DNA from: an uncultured Candidatus Binatia bacterium
Lineage (GTDB): Bacteria > Desulfobacterota > Binatia > UBA9968 > JAJDTQ01
Length of the DNA stretch: 64,000 nucleotides
Direction: 5' to 3'
NCBI GenBank assembly: GCA_965213675.1
Contig: OZ243916.1
Span: forward strand, 1,216,001 to 1,280,000
Part shown: positions 1-9,399 of the stretch, piece after piece
How positions within the stretch are numbered: position 1 is the stretch's first letter
Layout of the letters: each line of letters begins with the position of its first letter
Program-made: the position numbers and the translations under genes
The notes under the pieces: model-generated
The model's input: only the letters and a program-made list of their open reading frames with translations
Told to the model about the DNA's origin: nothing
Databases searched by the model: none

Positions 1-500
1 TGTGCAGGATTGTGCCCGGAACGGCGACTGCGGCGCTCGAGGAGTACACGACTGTCTGACGCAGTTATGAAATCTTGCCATAGGCGTCGTCGAAGCCGCT
101 TTTCTTCGCCGTATCCTTCGGCACAAGCTGTCTGCGACGCGATACAAATACGGGGCATTTCCGTGAGCTCGGCACACTCGTGGACATGGCGAATCCATTT
201 TGCCACCGTTTCTTCGTCCGTGGCTTCCACCCACAGAACGAGCGCCCCAGTATCATGCTCTCTGGAGCGCTTCGCCATGGACTGTATGGGAGTCAGTATG
301 CCCGCTTCTGCAGATCTCACGGCAGACCAACGCCCGATACCCTTACGTTTAAGTAGGTCGGCGAGTTCCACCGCGAACAAATCTCTCGCATCATCCGGGA
401 GCCCTGCGAGGACGGCGCTACGGTTGACGAGATCTTCAACCATAGTCCACAGGAAGTCCACTGGGCCCGGCAAGTTGGCCCAACCACGTGGGAGACTCAT
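1..500 (-). CDS. Hypothetical protein coupled to the giant NTPase (partial, runs off the window; absent from ORF track)
   Basis: ATG at 500 overlaps the TGA of 497..6250 (ATGA). The frame stays open to the window edge: MSLPRGWANLPGPVDFLWTMVEDLVNRSAVLAGLPDD... Confidence 0.75.
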   Translation of the reverse strand, partial: MSLPRGWANLPGPVDFLWTMVEDLVNRSAVLAGLPDDARDLFAVELADLLKRKGIGRWSAVRSAEAGILTPIQSMAKRSREHDTGALVLWVEATDEETVAKWIRHVHECAELTEMPRICIASQTACAEGYGEEKRLRRRLWQDFITASDSRVLLERRSRRSGHNPA

Positions 501-3500
501 TCGCTGAAGTAGGCAGTGAGGCCCTTCGCATAAGCCGCATCGAGACGGTAGCCGTCACCATGCCTGCACACGATGCCGAGACGATCGGCCCATCGGACAA
601 TCTTGACCACGTCTGTTACGGAGACCGGCCTGTCCACAGCTCCAGACATTTCCGACAATTCATCGACGCTCATCGTTTCCTGAGCATCGTAAAACTCGGA
701 CAAGACGTGAAGCACAGGTTCTGCCTCCCGAACGTCGAGAACGTCGGATACTATGTTCTCCTCCTGAAGGGCAATATCGGCCGCTTCCGCCACTGAGGAT
801 TGGCATTCCGATTCGGCGGCCAGCTCAACCACGACGGGCCACAAGGAGTCGACCGGGTTTTCCAGGTCGGCAAAAGCCTGCGCCTCCAGGTCTCTCAACC
901 ATGAGTATGCAAAGCCCCTGGCACAAGGTCCGAGCCACACTTCCCAAACAGTCGCCCTTCCCTTGCGCCTTGACCGTCCCCGGTTCATCCACTCCCAGGC
1001 TTCGGCGGGACCACCGAGGAGCACAGGCCGGACGATTCGTTTACTGGAACTAAGTGCTCCAATGAATCCAAGCACCGTATCCAGCAAGTGAGAATTCCAT
1101 CCGCTACGTATATCCACGAGAACGAAATGAACACCGGCCTCGCGCCTTCGTGACGCAACTTGAAGTTGCGACCTGACAGACTCCACGTCCGGTATCTCCT
1201 TCACGACGAGGGGCTCTACCGATCGCCCCTTTCCCTCGGCCGCCTGAATAAGGGAATCCTGCACCCGATCGAGGTTAAGGCCAGCGAGTCGTGTGCCGAA
1301 TAACAGCGCTACCCACGGCTTGGGGGAGAGTAGTTGGTCTTCCTGTTCGGCCGTGAGCACAGACAATCGCGGTCCGTGGACATCAATCGTGCGGCGGAAC
1401 TGGGATGGATCGAAGACCAGGTGCGGCTCCCGATCCTTGGCATCATTGAACCGCCGCTCAATCTCGTCCTCGTTACCGAGTAACATACGCAAGTTGCGTG
1501 TACGAATGGCGAACCCTTCATCACCCACTTTTCGAAGTATACCGAGGCCAACCATCTCTTCGAGAAGAACTTCAAAAGCCAAATGAGTCCGATCGGAATC
1601 GAACGCTTGAGGCCATTCACTCAATGCTGTTTCTCGGATCGCATCGATCGACATGTCACCTAGTCCCATGCGGTCGTCATGGAAACTATTCCATGCAATG
1701 AGATAAGCGAGGAATTCGTACCGGGAATCGAGATGTATCGTCCACGAGAACAAATTCCGGATCCGATCGCGCGTTTCCTTGGAGTGGAATGCGTGGTCAA
1801 TCTGTTCCGGTAAGACTATGAAGGGGGGACCGAGCGCGTCATCGTTCTCACGCAGAACCAGTAACAGATCCTTGCAGAATTGCTGAGCGAGAGCTGGATA
1901 GTAATTCGTCTCCGCGGCGATCCGTATAACCGAATCCCTCGATTGGAAGCGATGACCGAGCGCCTCAAACGGCGCACGTATCAGATTCTCGATCTCGGCA
2001 CCATCGGTCTCGGGCAGCATTGGTCCGATGCGGACCGGAGCGCCCAAATGCGCCAACGGTGTATTAGGATCTCGAGCCGCTCGTTGAACGTTGTGGAGCC
2101 CGGCGAACACGACCTTGAATCGCCTGTCCGTGTCTTCCATCAACTGCTTGATCTGCTCAAGCACATGGTAGGGCGGTTTTTGCAGCCGATCTGCATCTAG
2201 AAAGTCGTCGGCTTCGTCCACCAGAAACAATATCCGACGAACCGGGTCGCCTTTGAGCCACTGCTGCACGCTCGCTTGGAACCTGTCATAGCGAACCGTT
2301 CCGTCCGCGACGACTTCATGCTCTGCGAGTTGCTTGGTGAACAAGCGCCATAGCTCATCGGTCGGTAGCCTCTGTCCGATGCCCGACGCCTTAAGATTGA
2401 GAACAAGTACCAACTGATCTGGTGCCCGAGACTCGTACTCGCGCGCAATGTGTCTGAAGAGAGCAGTCTTGCCGAGTCTCCGCCCGCCATAGACGAAATG
2501 AGTCATGTCTCCGCCGGACACGGCAAGGATCTTGTCGCGCTCCTCCTTGCGCCCGAAGAACATTTCGGGCGGAACCTCGACCGCGTCCGGATCAAACGGT
2601 TGAGTGAATGTAAAAGCCGAAGCGCAATCGAAAAAGGCGCCTTGTCGCCGGCCGGGCAGCGCGGAAAGAAAGGCAACGAGCGCCTCGTCGAGCACTAACG
2701 TCGGTTGGCTGTCGCCGACCCTGAACTCGCGCGCGAGCTCGCGGCGCGTGGCAACATCCAGGACACTCAAAAAAAGAACTATATTGGGCCGGTGTTCGTC
2801 CGCGGTCCATGCCCCCGCTTCCCGAACGATCGCCTCGTGGGAGTCGCGGCCGCGGATCGTGAAAAGCCGGTACCGTCCTCCGGCGCGTGAACCGAAAACC
2901 GGAAGTTGTGCGATGTTGCGGTCCGTAATTGAAGAGCTACGTAGATCAAATACTGCTTCTCCGTCATTCGTCCGGGCATCGGTCAAGTCCACACGTGCTC
3001 TCGCGAAACCGAGCGCATTCACAACTTCGCCCAACTTCTCGTTGGTCGTCGCGCCCGTGTAAAGTGCCTTCCATGCTTCAAGAAGTCGGACGCCATCGCG
3101 GGCCGAATCGGGCGAAAGAGTCGTCGCGTCGATACATTCCACGCGGTTGCGGTCATTGACCGCCTGACGGACATCCCCAAGCGCGTCTGGCCTGTCGGCC
3201 CGGAACGCACCATATGCTTCAACAAATTCCGGGAAAAACCGATCAAGGGGACGATCTGCCTCCACATCGGATCTTGGCAGCGAATCGCCCCCAGCTATCC
3301 GGTTGATGAAATCATCTGCGACTTGAAAACGGTCGGCGTTGATGAGACCTTCGATTCGTACCCTGTTCTCCTGAGACGTATCAAGATCCTCCAGCCGTGT
3401 CTGAATCTTTGTGCGAAAGCGTTCGTGACTGCTGTCGATCTCCCTCTCGATTGCGTCAAGGTCATCAAACAACGTCCTAAACTCGCCAATCTCCGATGAA

Positions 3501-6250
3501 TCTGGAGGGGTCAGCCGGTCGCCGAGCCGGTCATGGTCCTCTGCGGACAGGATACCTAAAGCATAGGATACGTCGAGCCGGTTTCTCGTCTTGTCATGCC
3601 TGCTCTTGAGACGCTCCGAGGTAACCGAGCGCTCTTTCTCGACTCTGGTTTTGACACGGGCGATATCCCTTTCATCGAGAAGATTGCCTCGTTCTACGTA
3701 TTCCAGGACAAACTCGGCTGCCCGAAAGTCGCCATACTGAACCCGTTCGACAATGCCACGCTCGAAGTCAAGACGATCCTGCTCGGCAAAACGTAGCAGG
3801 ACGCTGGTCGAAGGCAGCGTTTCGTGAATAAGCCCGCTTACACCGTCCGATCGAACGCTGGAGTCGGCGAACAGATCGCCATTCAGTAAATCCTGCAATC
3901 GGAGACGCGTGGAGGGTGCCTCGCTTCCCGCGTTTTCGAACATTTCGACGTAGCGCTCCACCAACCTTCTAGCTTGAAGTGCCGCCCGGGTGTTGAGCGA
4001 GGCGATCTCCTGAATCGCACCTTGGCCTTGGTCATGCACCGCCGAACGTAGTTTTTCCGCCACGGCTATGCTGGATTCTTGCCTTCCGTCTGGCCGCGTT
4101 TGAAGCAGATTGTCCCAACGATCAATGAAACCAACGGCCTCACGGATTTTTTCACGCAAGCGCAATCGTGCATTCCCGGTGATTTGTTTTGTCCGCGGAG
4201 TGCCCCGTAGGGAGCGATCTACCCTATCTATTTCGTCTTCGCCGTACCGCCGCCAATGTTCAGCAATAGCCTTGACGCCCGCGATATCGATCTTTTTGGC
4301 TGGCGTCGCCAGCAACTTGAACATGCCGCCGATAGAACAGCGTTTCTTCTCTGTCCATTCATCAAGTATCCGGTGCCAGACCTTGGTCGCAGCCCCGAAC
4401 TGTATCTTCGATTGGCGCTCCGCGTCGATCCAGTGCGTCCCTTCCTTCTGAAGGAACTCGGCCCTTTCGGTCCAATCCGCCTCCGGGGAGGCCTCGCCGC
4501 GAAGTAGTTTTGCAGGAAGATGGACACCAACCTGGGAGACTTCCGCCGCGACCTTCACCAATTCCCGCAGGGCCGGCATCCCATCGAAGCCAGTTTCCAG
4601 CGACAACAGCAACTGGGCGATCGGCCAACCCGGAGCGATTTGCGCAGGTATCAACGCCGCACCGGCGGCAAGAGCCAAATAATCTACCCGATCGGCCTTC
4701 GGCCTTCGAACCGACCCAGAGCAATTCATCAGGTTAGCGACAAGCGAATCCCGCTCATCGGTCACATGGCTACTCGCAATGAAGGTGATTGTTTCTGGTC
4801 CCGGTAGCGCGTCTGGGGCAGAGAGAGCAAGATGGTAGGCTACCCCAAAGCGATCGTGCTCGAGTGCTGTCACTATCGCCGCCTCGATTTCCCCGGGCGA
4901 AACAACTCCGTCGCCGCGGGAGGTCGTCGTTCGATTACTTTCTCCTTTAAGATGTGCCGAGATCGCATCGCCCGAAGACGCAACGTGCGCGCCATCGATC
5001 GTTGCAGCCTCGTCGAGAACGTCCATTTCCTCGTCCGTAGCCGGTTCCAGTTCGGCGTCATCAACTGGCGATACGACATCGGTTTGTAGTTCTGATGCGA
5101 CCTCGTTCGCATCAAGGAAGGCGCCTTCCGATGCCTCCTCGCTCCTCACCTCCGGCCCTACTTCCAAGGTGTGTCTCGGCGCATGGCCCTTACGTTGCAA
5201 TTCGAAAAGGGTCGAGTTGATGACCGCGTGTGCCCTTTCCCGCTCATCATTAAGCGACGCGAGAGCAGTACCAAGGGAACCCACCAAGAGGTAGTCCTCG
5301 TCCTCGCGTGCCTGATCCAGGGCTTCACGTTTCTCATTGAAAGTAACGTCGGTAACGAGCGCGGCCTCGAAGAGATGGAGAATTTCTTCTAAGTGCTGTT
5401 GATCGATGTTACAGGTGTCAGCCCAAGCTTCGAGCCTTCCAAAAGTGGTCGCCAGTTCTTGGGCGTCGGCGAGCACCTCCGAATAGGATTCCCGCCAAGC
5501 CGAAATCCGCGATTTCTGTTGCTGGATGTTACGGCGCTGAGCCTCACGGGACTCAGCGATCTTGATCAATTGGCCGACGTGTTGGCCAAGGGTCTGGAGC
5601 AAATCCGGTTCCAGGCGTCCAGCGCTCAAGGTCGCCGCTCTCGCCTGAATCTTCTCGATAAGTGCCGTGGCTTCAATGCGTTCGTTATCGTCTGTTGGGT
5701 GCTGCTCTTCAGATCGGTCGCTGTCGAAATGAAGGCCCGCACGGACATCTTTCAGAAAGGTCTCTGCGTCCGGGTGTCTTTCGAGTGCGTCGAGAAGGTA
5801 GTCTGCAGAATCGAACAGGACGCTTTGCGCCCAGACGAATTCGGCGAATCGGTCCCATTTACCTGTTTGGGCAAGCGCACTCCCGTAGTCATCGGCATTC
5901 GGCCTCGAGATCAAGTGGTCGACGCCCAACTCGGTGGAATTCTGCGCATTTCCCAGGCAGGCCTTTCTCAGGCGACGAGGAAGATCCGCCCGCCCATGCC
6001 GTTTGCGCTTCCCTCTTTCGAAGACTTCCTTTGCGCTCTCGTAGTTGGTTCGACCTTCCGCCGTACTGAGCAGGACATGCAAGCGTGTGTAGAAATCGCC
6101 AGTCGACACGGTCTTCTTCCAAGTGGAAGATGACACGTGTTCCAACGCCTCTGCAAAGGCTCGCTCCTGAGTCTTGGCAAACTGCAGAACCTCTTTGAGC
6201 CGTCCGGGCGTCAAGGTGGACGGAAGTCCGTCGCCTAGAAGATACGACAT
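497..6250 (-). CDS. Giant (1917 aa) STAND-like P-loop NTPase with long helical/coiled-coil N-terminal region
   Basis: PPEMFFGR pre-motif, Walker A YGGRRLGKT, Walker B ILFLVDEAD, VVFAG sensor strand, YYPALAQ (GxP-like) motif, likely winged helix downstream. Confidence 0.8.
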   Translation of the reverse strand: MSYLLGDGLPSTLTPGRLKEVLQFAKTQERAFAEALEHVSSSTWKKTVSTGDFYTRLHVLLSTAEGRTNYESAKEVFERGKRKRHGRADLPRRLRKACLGNAQNSTELGVDHLISRPNADDYGSALAQTGKWDRFAEFVWAQSVLFDSADYLLDALERHPDAETFLKDVRAGLHFDSDRSEEQHPTDDNERIEATALIEKIQARAATLSAGRLEPDLLQTLGQHVGQLIKIAESREAQRRNIQQQKSRISAWRESYSEVLADAQELATTFGRLEAWADTCNIDQQHLEEILHLFEAALVTDVTFNEKREALDQAREDEDYLLVGSLGTALASLNDERERAHAVINSTLFELQRKGHAPRHTLEVGPEVRSEEASEGAFLDANEVASELQTDVVSPVDDAELEPATDEEMDVLDEAATIDGAHVASSGDAISAHLKGESNRTTTSRGDGVVSPGEIEAAIVTALEHDRFGVAYHLALSAPDALPGPETITFIASSHVTDERDSLVANLMNCSGSVRRPKADRVDYLALAAGAALIPAQIAPGWPIAQLLLSLETGFDGMPALRELVKVAAEVSQVGVHLPAKLLRGEASPEADWTERAEFLQKEGTHWIDAERQSKIQFGAATKVWHRILDEWTEKKRCSIGGMFKLLATPAKKIDIAGVKAIAEHWRRYGEDEIDRVDRSLRGTPRTKQITGNARLRLREKIREAVGFIDRWDNLLQTRPDGRQESSIAVAEKLRSAVHDQGQGAIQEIASLNTRAALQARRLVERYVEMFENAGSEAPSTRLRLQDLLNGDLFADSSVRSDGVSGLIHETLPSTSVLLRFAEQDRLDFERGIVERVQYGDFRAAEFVLEYVERGNLLDERDIARVKTRVEKERSVTSERLKSRHDKTRNRLDVSYALGILSAEDHDRLGDRLTPPDSSEIGEFRTLFDDLDAIEREIDSSHERFRTKIQTRLEDLDTSQENRVRIEGLINADRFQVADDFINRIAGGDSLPRSDVEADRPLDRFFPEFVEAYGAFRADRPDALGDVRQAVNDRNRVECIDATTLSPDSARDGVRLLEAWKALYTGATTNEKLGEVVNALGFARARVDLTDARTNDGEAVFDLRSSSITDRNIAQLPVFGSRAGGRYRLFTIRGRDSHEAIVREAGAWTADEHRPNIVLFLSVLDVATRRELAREFRVGDSQPTLVLDEALVAFLSALPGRRQGAFFDCASAFTFTQPFDPDAVEVPPEMFFGRKEERDKILAVSGGDMTHFVYGGRRLGKTALFRHIAREYESRAPDQLVLVLNLKASGIGQRLPTDELWRLFTKQLAEHEVVADGTVRYDRFQASVQQWLKGDPVRRILFLVDEADDFLDADRLQKPPYHVLEQIKQLMEDTDRRFKVVFAGLHNVQRAARDPNTPLAHLGAPVRIGPMLPETDGAEIENLIRAPFEALGHRFQSRDSVIRIAAETNYYPALAQQFCKDLLLVLRENDDALGPPFIVLPEQIDHAFHSKETRDRIRNLFSWTIHLDSRYEFLAYLIAWNSFHDDRMGLGDMSIDAIRETALSEWPQAFDSDRTHLAFEVLLEEMVGLGILRKVGDEGFAIRTRNLRMLLGNEDEIERRFNDAKDREPHLVFDPSQFRRTIDVHGPRLSVLTAEQEDQLLSPKPWVALLFGTRLAGLNLDRVQDSLIQAAEGKGRSVEPLVVKEIPDVESVRSQLQVASRRREAGVHFVLVDIRSGWNSHLLDTVLGFIGALSSSKRIVRPVLLGGPAEAWEWMNRGRSRRKGRATVWEVWLGPCARGFAYSWLRDLEAQAFADLENPVDSLWPVVVELAAESECQSSVAEAADIALQEENIVSDVLDVREAEPVLHVLSEFYDAQETMSVDELSEMSGAVDRPVSVTDVVKIVRWADRLGIVCRHGDGYRLDAAYAKGLTAYFSE

Positions 6251-6366
6251 TGTAATGACACTAGCGATAATTTCTCTTTTGGGTTGGTCTACATGTAGAT
6301 GTTCCTTTATGTCAAATGGTTGACACTTGGTCTTCCCCGGGTTTGGCGGACATCTGATAAGGGGCG

Positions 6367-6678
6367 ATGATGGCCTTGGAGGTGAGGACCATGACTCGGA
6401 CGAGACGGAGGTATTCGAAGGAGTTGAAGCTCGAAACGGTCAAACTGTTCAAGGAAGGACCGCGCTTGGTCGGAGAGGTCGCCCGTGATCTGGACTTGAC
6501 GGAATCGGCGGTTCGCAATTGGGTGCGGCAGTTCGACGTGGACGCTGGTGTGCGCGAGGGGGTGAGCACGGGCGAGCTCGAGGAGGTACGCCAGTTGCGG
6601 TCGGAGAACCGGCAGCTACGGATGGAGCGCGACATCCTAAAAAAAGCGACGGCCTTCTTCGCCAAGGAATCGATGTGA
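6367..6678 (+). CDS. IS3-family transposase OrfA
   Basis: HTH (VARDLDLTESAVRNW), leucine zipper, ILKKATAFFAKE end with A7G slippery site. Confidence 0.9.
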   Translation: MMALEVRTMTRTRRRYSKELKLETVKLFKEGPRLVGEVARDLDLTESAVRNWVRQFDVDAGVREGVSTGELEEVRQLRSENRQLRMERDILKKATAFFAKESM

Positions 6679-6883
6679 GGTCCGCGTTCATCGAGGCGGA
6701 GAAGGCCAGATTTCCCGTGACCATGATGTGCCGGCTGCTTGAGGTCTCTCGAAGCGGCTTCTACGCCTCGCGTGCTCTCACGACGCCCACGCGAAGCGTA
6801 GAAGCCGCTTCGAGAAACCTCAAGCAGCCGGCACATCATGGTCACGGGAAATCTGGCCTTCTCCGCCTCGATGAACGCGAACC

Positions 6884-7195
6884 TCACATCGATTCCTTGG
6901 CGAAGAAGGCCCTCGCTTTTTTTAGGATGTCGCGCTCCATCCGTAGCTGCCGGTTCTCCGTCCGCAGCCGGCGTAGCTCATCGAGTTCCCTCGTGCTCAC
7001 GCCCTCACGCACACCAGCGTCCACGTCGAACTGGCGCACCCAATTGCGAACCGCCGATTCCGTCAAGTCCAGACCACGCGCGACCTCTCCGATCGAGCGC
7101 GGTCCTTCCTTGACCAGCTTCACCGTTTCCTGCTTGAACTCCTTCGAAAACTTCCGTCTCTTCCCTGTCATGGTCGTCACATCCGAGGCCATCAT
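6884..7195 (-). CDS. IS3-family transposase OrfA (second, diverged copy)
   Basis: Same motifs as 6367..6678 with several substitutions. Confidence 0.9.
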   Translation of the reverse strand: MMASDVTTMTGKRRKFSKEFKQETVKLVKEGPRSIGEVARGLDLTESAVRNWVRQFDVDAGVREGVSTRELDELRRLRTENRQLRMERDILKKARAFFAKESM

Positions 7196-7334
7196 CGCCT
7201 CTTATCAGATGTCCGCCAAACCCCGGTAAGACCACTCTGTAAGGGCACGTTGGACGTCTCTTGCGAAGCTCGGTTGCGCGAGTCGCGAATCTCGCGCGGA
7301 CAACCGTACGGCGTGTGAGATCACCGGAAGCAGA

Positions 7335-7773
7335 TCACGCGGCCTCGCCGACTGTCACGCTCACACGCTTCCCCAACCGGCGCAATGCGCGGTCGATGGT
7401 GGCTGCCTTCGTGACATGATCCGGATTCAGCATGCGCTGCACCTCGCTCTCGGCAACATTGAGGTCGTGGGCGAGACGGCTTTGCGACATGCCAGCCTTA
7501 CGGAACGCCTCGTAGAGGGCCGCCTTCAGCGCAATCGGCACCGGGGGAACAACAATCGGCCGACGCCTAGTCGCGCGCGATGGCTTCGGCAGGTCCCTAC
7601 CCTCACGCATCGTAGCCGCGATCAACTCTCGAAGCAGGTCACGGGCTTCGACCAGCGCCTCGTCGCGAGTCGCGCCGTCCGTTGCGCCCCACCCGAAATC
7701 CGGAAACGCGACGATATAACGGCCGTCCTGGTCGCGCTCGATCTCGGCGGGAAAGTTGTAGGTGTCCGACATC
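7335..7773 (-). CDS. hicB: HicB-family antitoxin with C-terminal HTH
   Basis: YIVAFPDF..ATDGATRDEAL..ARDLL motif, C-terminal HTH, downstream of hicA; start placed at MSDTYN. Confidence 0.85.
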
Positions 7774-7814
7774 GGTTCAGTTCTCCATATTCGGGCAGCT
7801 CCAGTACTCACCCA

Positions 7815-8027
7815 CTAGAATTCGTCCCTGTCGATCCCGAGGTCGGCAAGCATCTTGGCGAGCAGTCCCTTGCCGATGTCCTTCTTTCGATCCTTGACGC
7901 CAGTCTTCCGATCTCCCGCGTAGAGCGTTCCGTGCGATCCCAGCCCTTCCGACACCACGAAGCGAATCTCCAAATTCCGGGCCCTTGCCCATTGGCGGAC
8001 CCTGGTGATGAACTGCCGCCCGTTCAT
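7815..8027 (-). CDS. hicA: HicA-family toxin (mRNA interferase)
   Basis: 70 aa, GxGSH motif, DIGKGLLAKMLADLGI C-terminus. Confidence 0.85.
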   Translation of the reverse strand: MNGRQFITRVRQWARARNLEIRFVVSEGLGSHGTLYAGDRKTGVKDRKKDIGKGLLAKMLADLGIDRDEF

Positions 8028-8035
8028 CTACTCCT

Positions 8036-8063
8036 AGTGTAAGCCGCCGCCCGCGACTGTCAA
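8036..8063 (-). promoter_or_regulatory. Sigma70-type promoter of hicAB
   Basis: TTGACA-N16-TACACT ending 8 nt before the hicA ATG (near-leaderless). Confidence 0.55.
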
Positions 8064-8451
8064 GAATGGCTGATGAGCCCGCCTCAGTGGCCAGGCTCCA
8101 TGCAATACTCCTCCTCGATGTCGCCGAGCCCAATGGACCAAGTCCGACTTCATGCGGATGGCGAACGAGCCGATGGTATGGCTGGCTCCATGGTGTCCAA
8201 CGTTGATGGTCATCCGGCCGCTCGCACGGTAGCCACACCCACGGCCGGAGCCGACAAACGGCGTCGTTGTGCGCGAAGTCCCCAGAATCCATCTCCAGCG
8301 CGCCTTGAGACGAACCATTATGTCGGTCTGCTCTTCGACTTCCTGGTTGTTGATGAGCAGCATGCAGCGTATCTTCCAGTGAAGGATTGGTAAAGCAAGG
8401 CCCGGGACCGGGTAAGACCAGACTACCACGGATGACAAGGAGGAGGACCGC

Positions 8452-8844
8452 ATGTTCATGAGAGCTGTCCATCCCGGCGAGGTCTTGAAAGGCGAGTTGG
8501 AAGAGTTGAGGATCACTCCGACGGAATTCGCGCGGCAGATCGACGTCCCCCCAAACCGGGTTAGCCAGATTGTCGCCGGGAAGCGTTCGGTCGCGGGCGA
8601 CACCGCGCTACGCTTCGGTCACTGGTTCGGCAGCGATCCCCAGTTCTGGCTCAACCTTCAGACCCAGTACGACTTGCTTCAGGCCGACAGGGAGACCGGC
8701 GCCGAGATACGTCATCTGCCGACCAAGGCGAGCGTTCCAGGAAAGGGTGTCGGTCCAGGGATCGCATGCCCAGAGAAGGAGCGCGAGCGCGGATTGGCGG
8801 AAGCTGAGGGGCGGTGTTTCGGACAGACACGTCCAGGCGGCTGA
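8452..8844 (+). CDS. higA: HigA-family antitoxin (orphan)
   Basis: VHPGEVL...VPPNRVSQIVAGKRSV..DTALRF..WFG.DPQFWLNLQ..YDL; AGGAGG SD. Confidence 0.9.
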   Translation: MFMRAVHPGEVLKGELEELRITPTEFARQIDVPPNRVSQIVAGKRSVAGDTALRFGHWFGSDPQFWLNLQTQYDLLQADRETGAEIRHLPTKASVPGKGVGPGIACPEKERERGLAEAEGRCFGQTRPGG

Positions 8845-9296
8845 ACGGCGAGCAAAGAAAAGCCGTCTCAGGCAAGCCTCTTGCCGAGGATTTTCTTCGT
8901 TGTTCCATCATCGGTTTGGCCGACTGGCGGGATATCGACTACGTGACGCTTCCTGGCGTCGAGCCTGCGCAGCCCCCGAAACAAAGAAAACAACCGAGGA
9001 GAACCGCGACGGGAACACGCCGGCCAAGTGTCCGAGGCCATCTCCTGGACCAGGGCGGAATTCAGGGCTTCAAGCTGGGCATTTTGGGCATCGGGTCTCT
9101 CACGCACTGCGCCAAGTCACTAGAGCAATCGACCCCAATACCGTCATCCCGTCCGACGACGAGCCCCGTACCACGCGGATAACTCGGTAGGACGCAAAGC
9201 AACTCCGCGGCGCTGTCTCGTAGTTGACTCCCAGTAGGACAGGTGGGTATGAATCCAGACTTGATCGAAACGAAGTCAACTTGAGGTACTCTTCGA

Positions 9297-9325
9297 TTGA
9301 CATGCGGTGGCGGCAAAGGTAAAGT
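9297..9325 (+). promoter_or_regulatory. Sigma70 promoter upstream of the NYN module
   Basis: TTGACA (9297-9302)-N17-TAAAGT (9320-9325). Confidence 0.7.
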
Positions 9326-9331
9326 CCGCCC

Positions 9332-9390
9332 GACTAGCTTGCTAACCCCCCCCGGGATCGAGCCGGAAACGGCCCCCGGGGGTTTTTTTT
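9332..9390 (+). ncRNA. Putative ~60-nt structured RNA or attenuator ending in an intrinsic terminator
   Basis: CCCCCGGG/CCCGGGGG stem enclosing a GCCG-GAAA-CGGC GNRA hairpin, then T8, 9 nt before the NYN ATG. Confidence 0.5.
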
Positions 9391-9399
9391 GAGTTCCTT

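Larger units (their letters stand above)
6328..7234. mobile_element. Two truncated IS3-family copies fused in inverted orientation
   Basis: Left IR TGGTCTTCCCCGGGTTTGGCGGACATC at 6328 and its near reverse complement ending at 7234; two orfA genes; both orfB copies stop after about 30-40 codons at about 6770; same IS family as 63175. Confidence 0.9.

Noticed and set aside
10-796. Plus-strand ORFs 10..507 and 488..796
   Set aside because: They lie antisense to the minus-strand NTPase and its coupled partner.
8040-9300. Short ORFs around higA (8073..8393, 8868..9107, 9100..9303) as a toxin or pseudogenes
   Set aside because: No recognisable RelE/HigB or other motifs, and the frames conflict.
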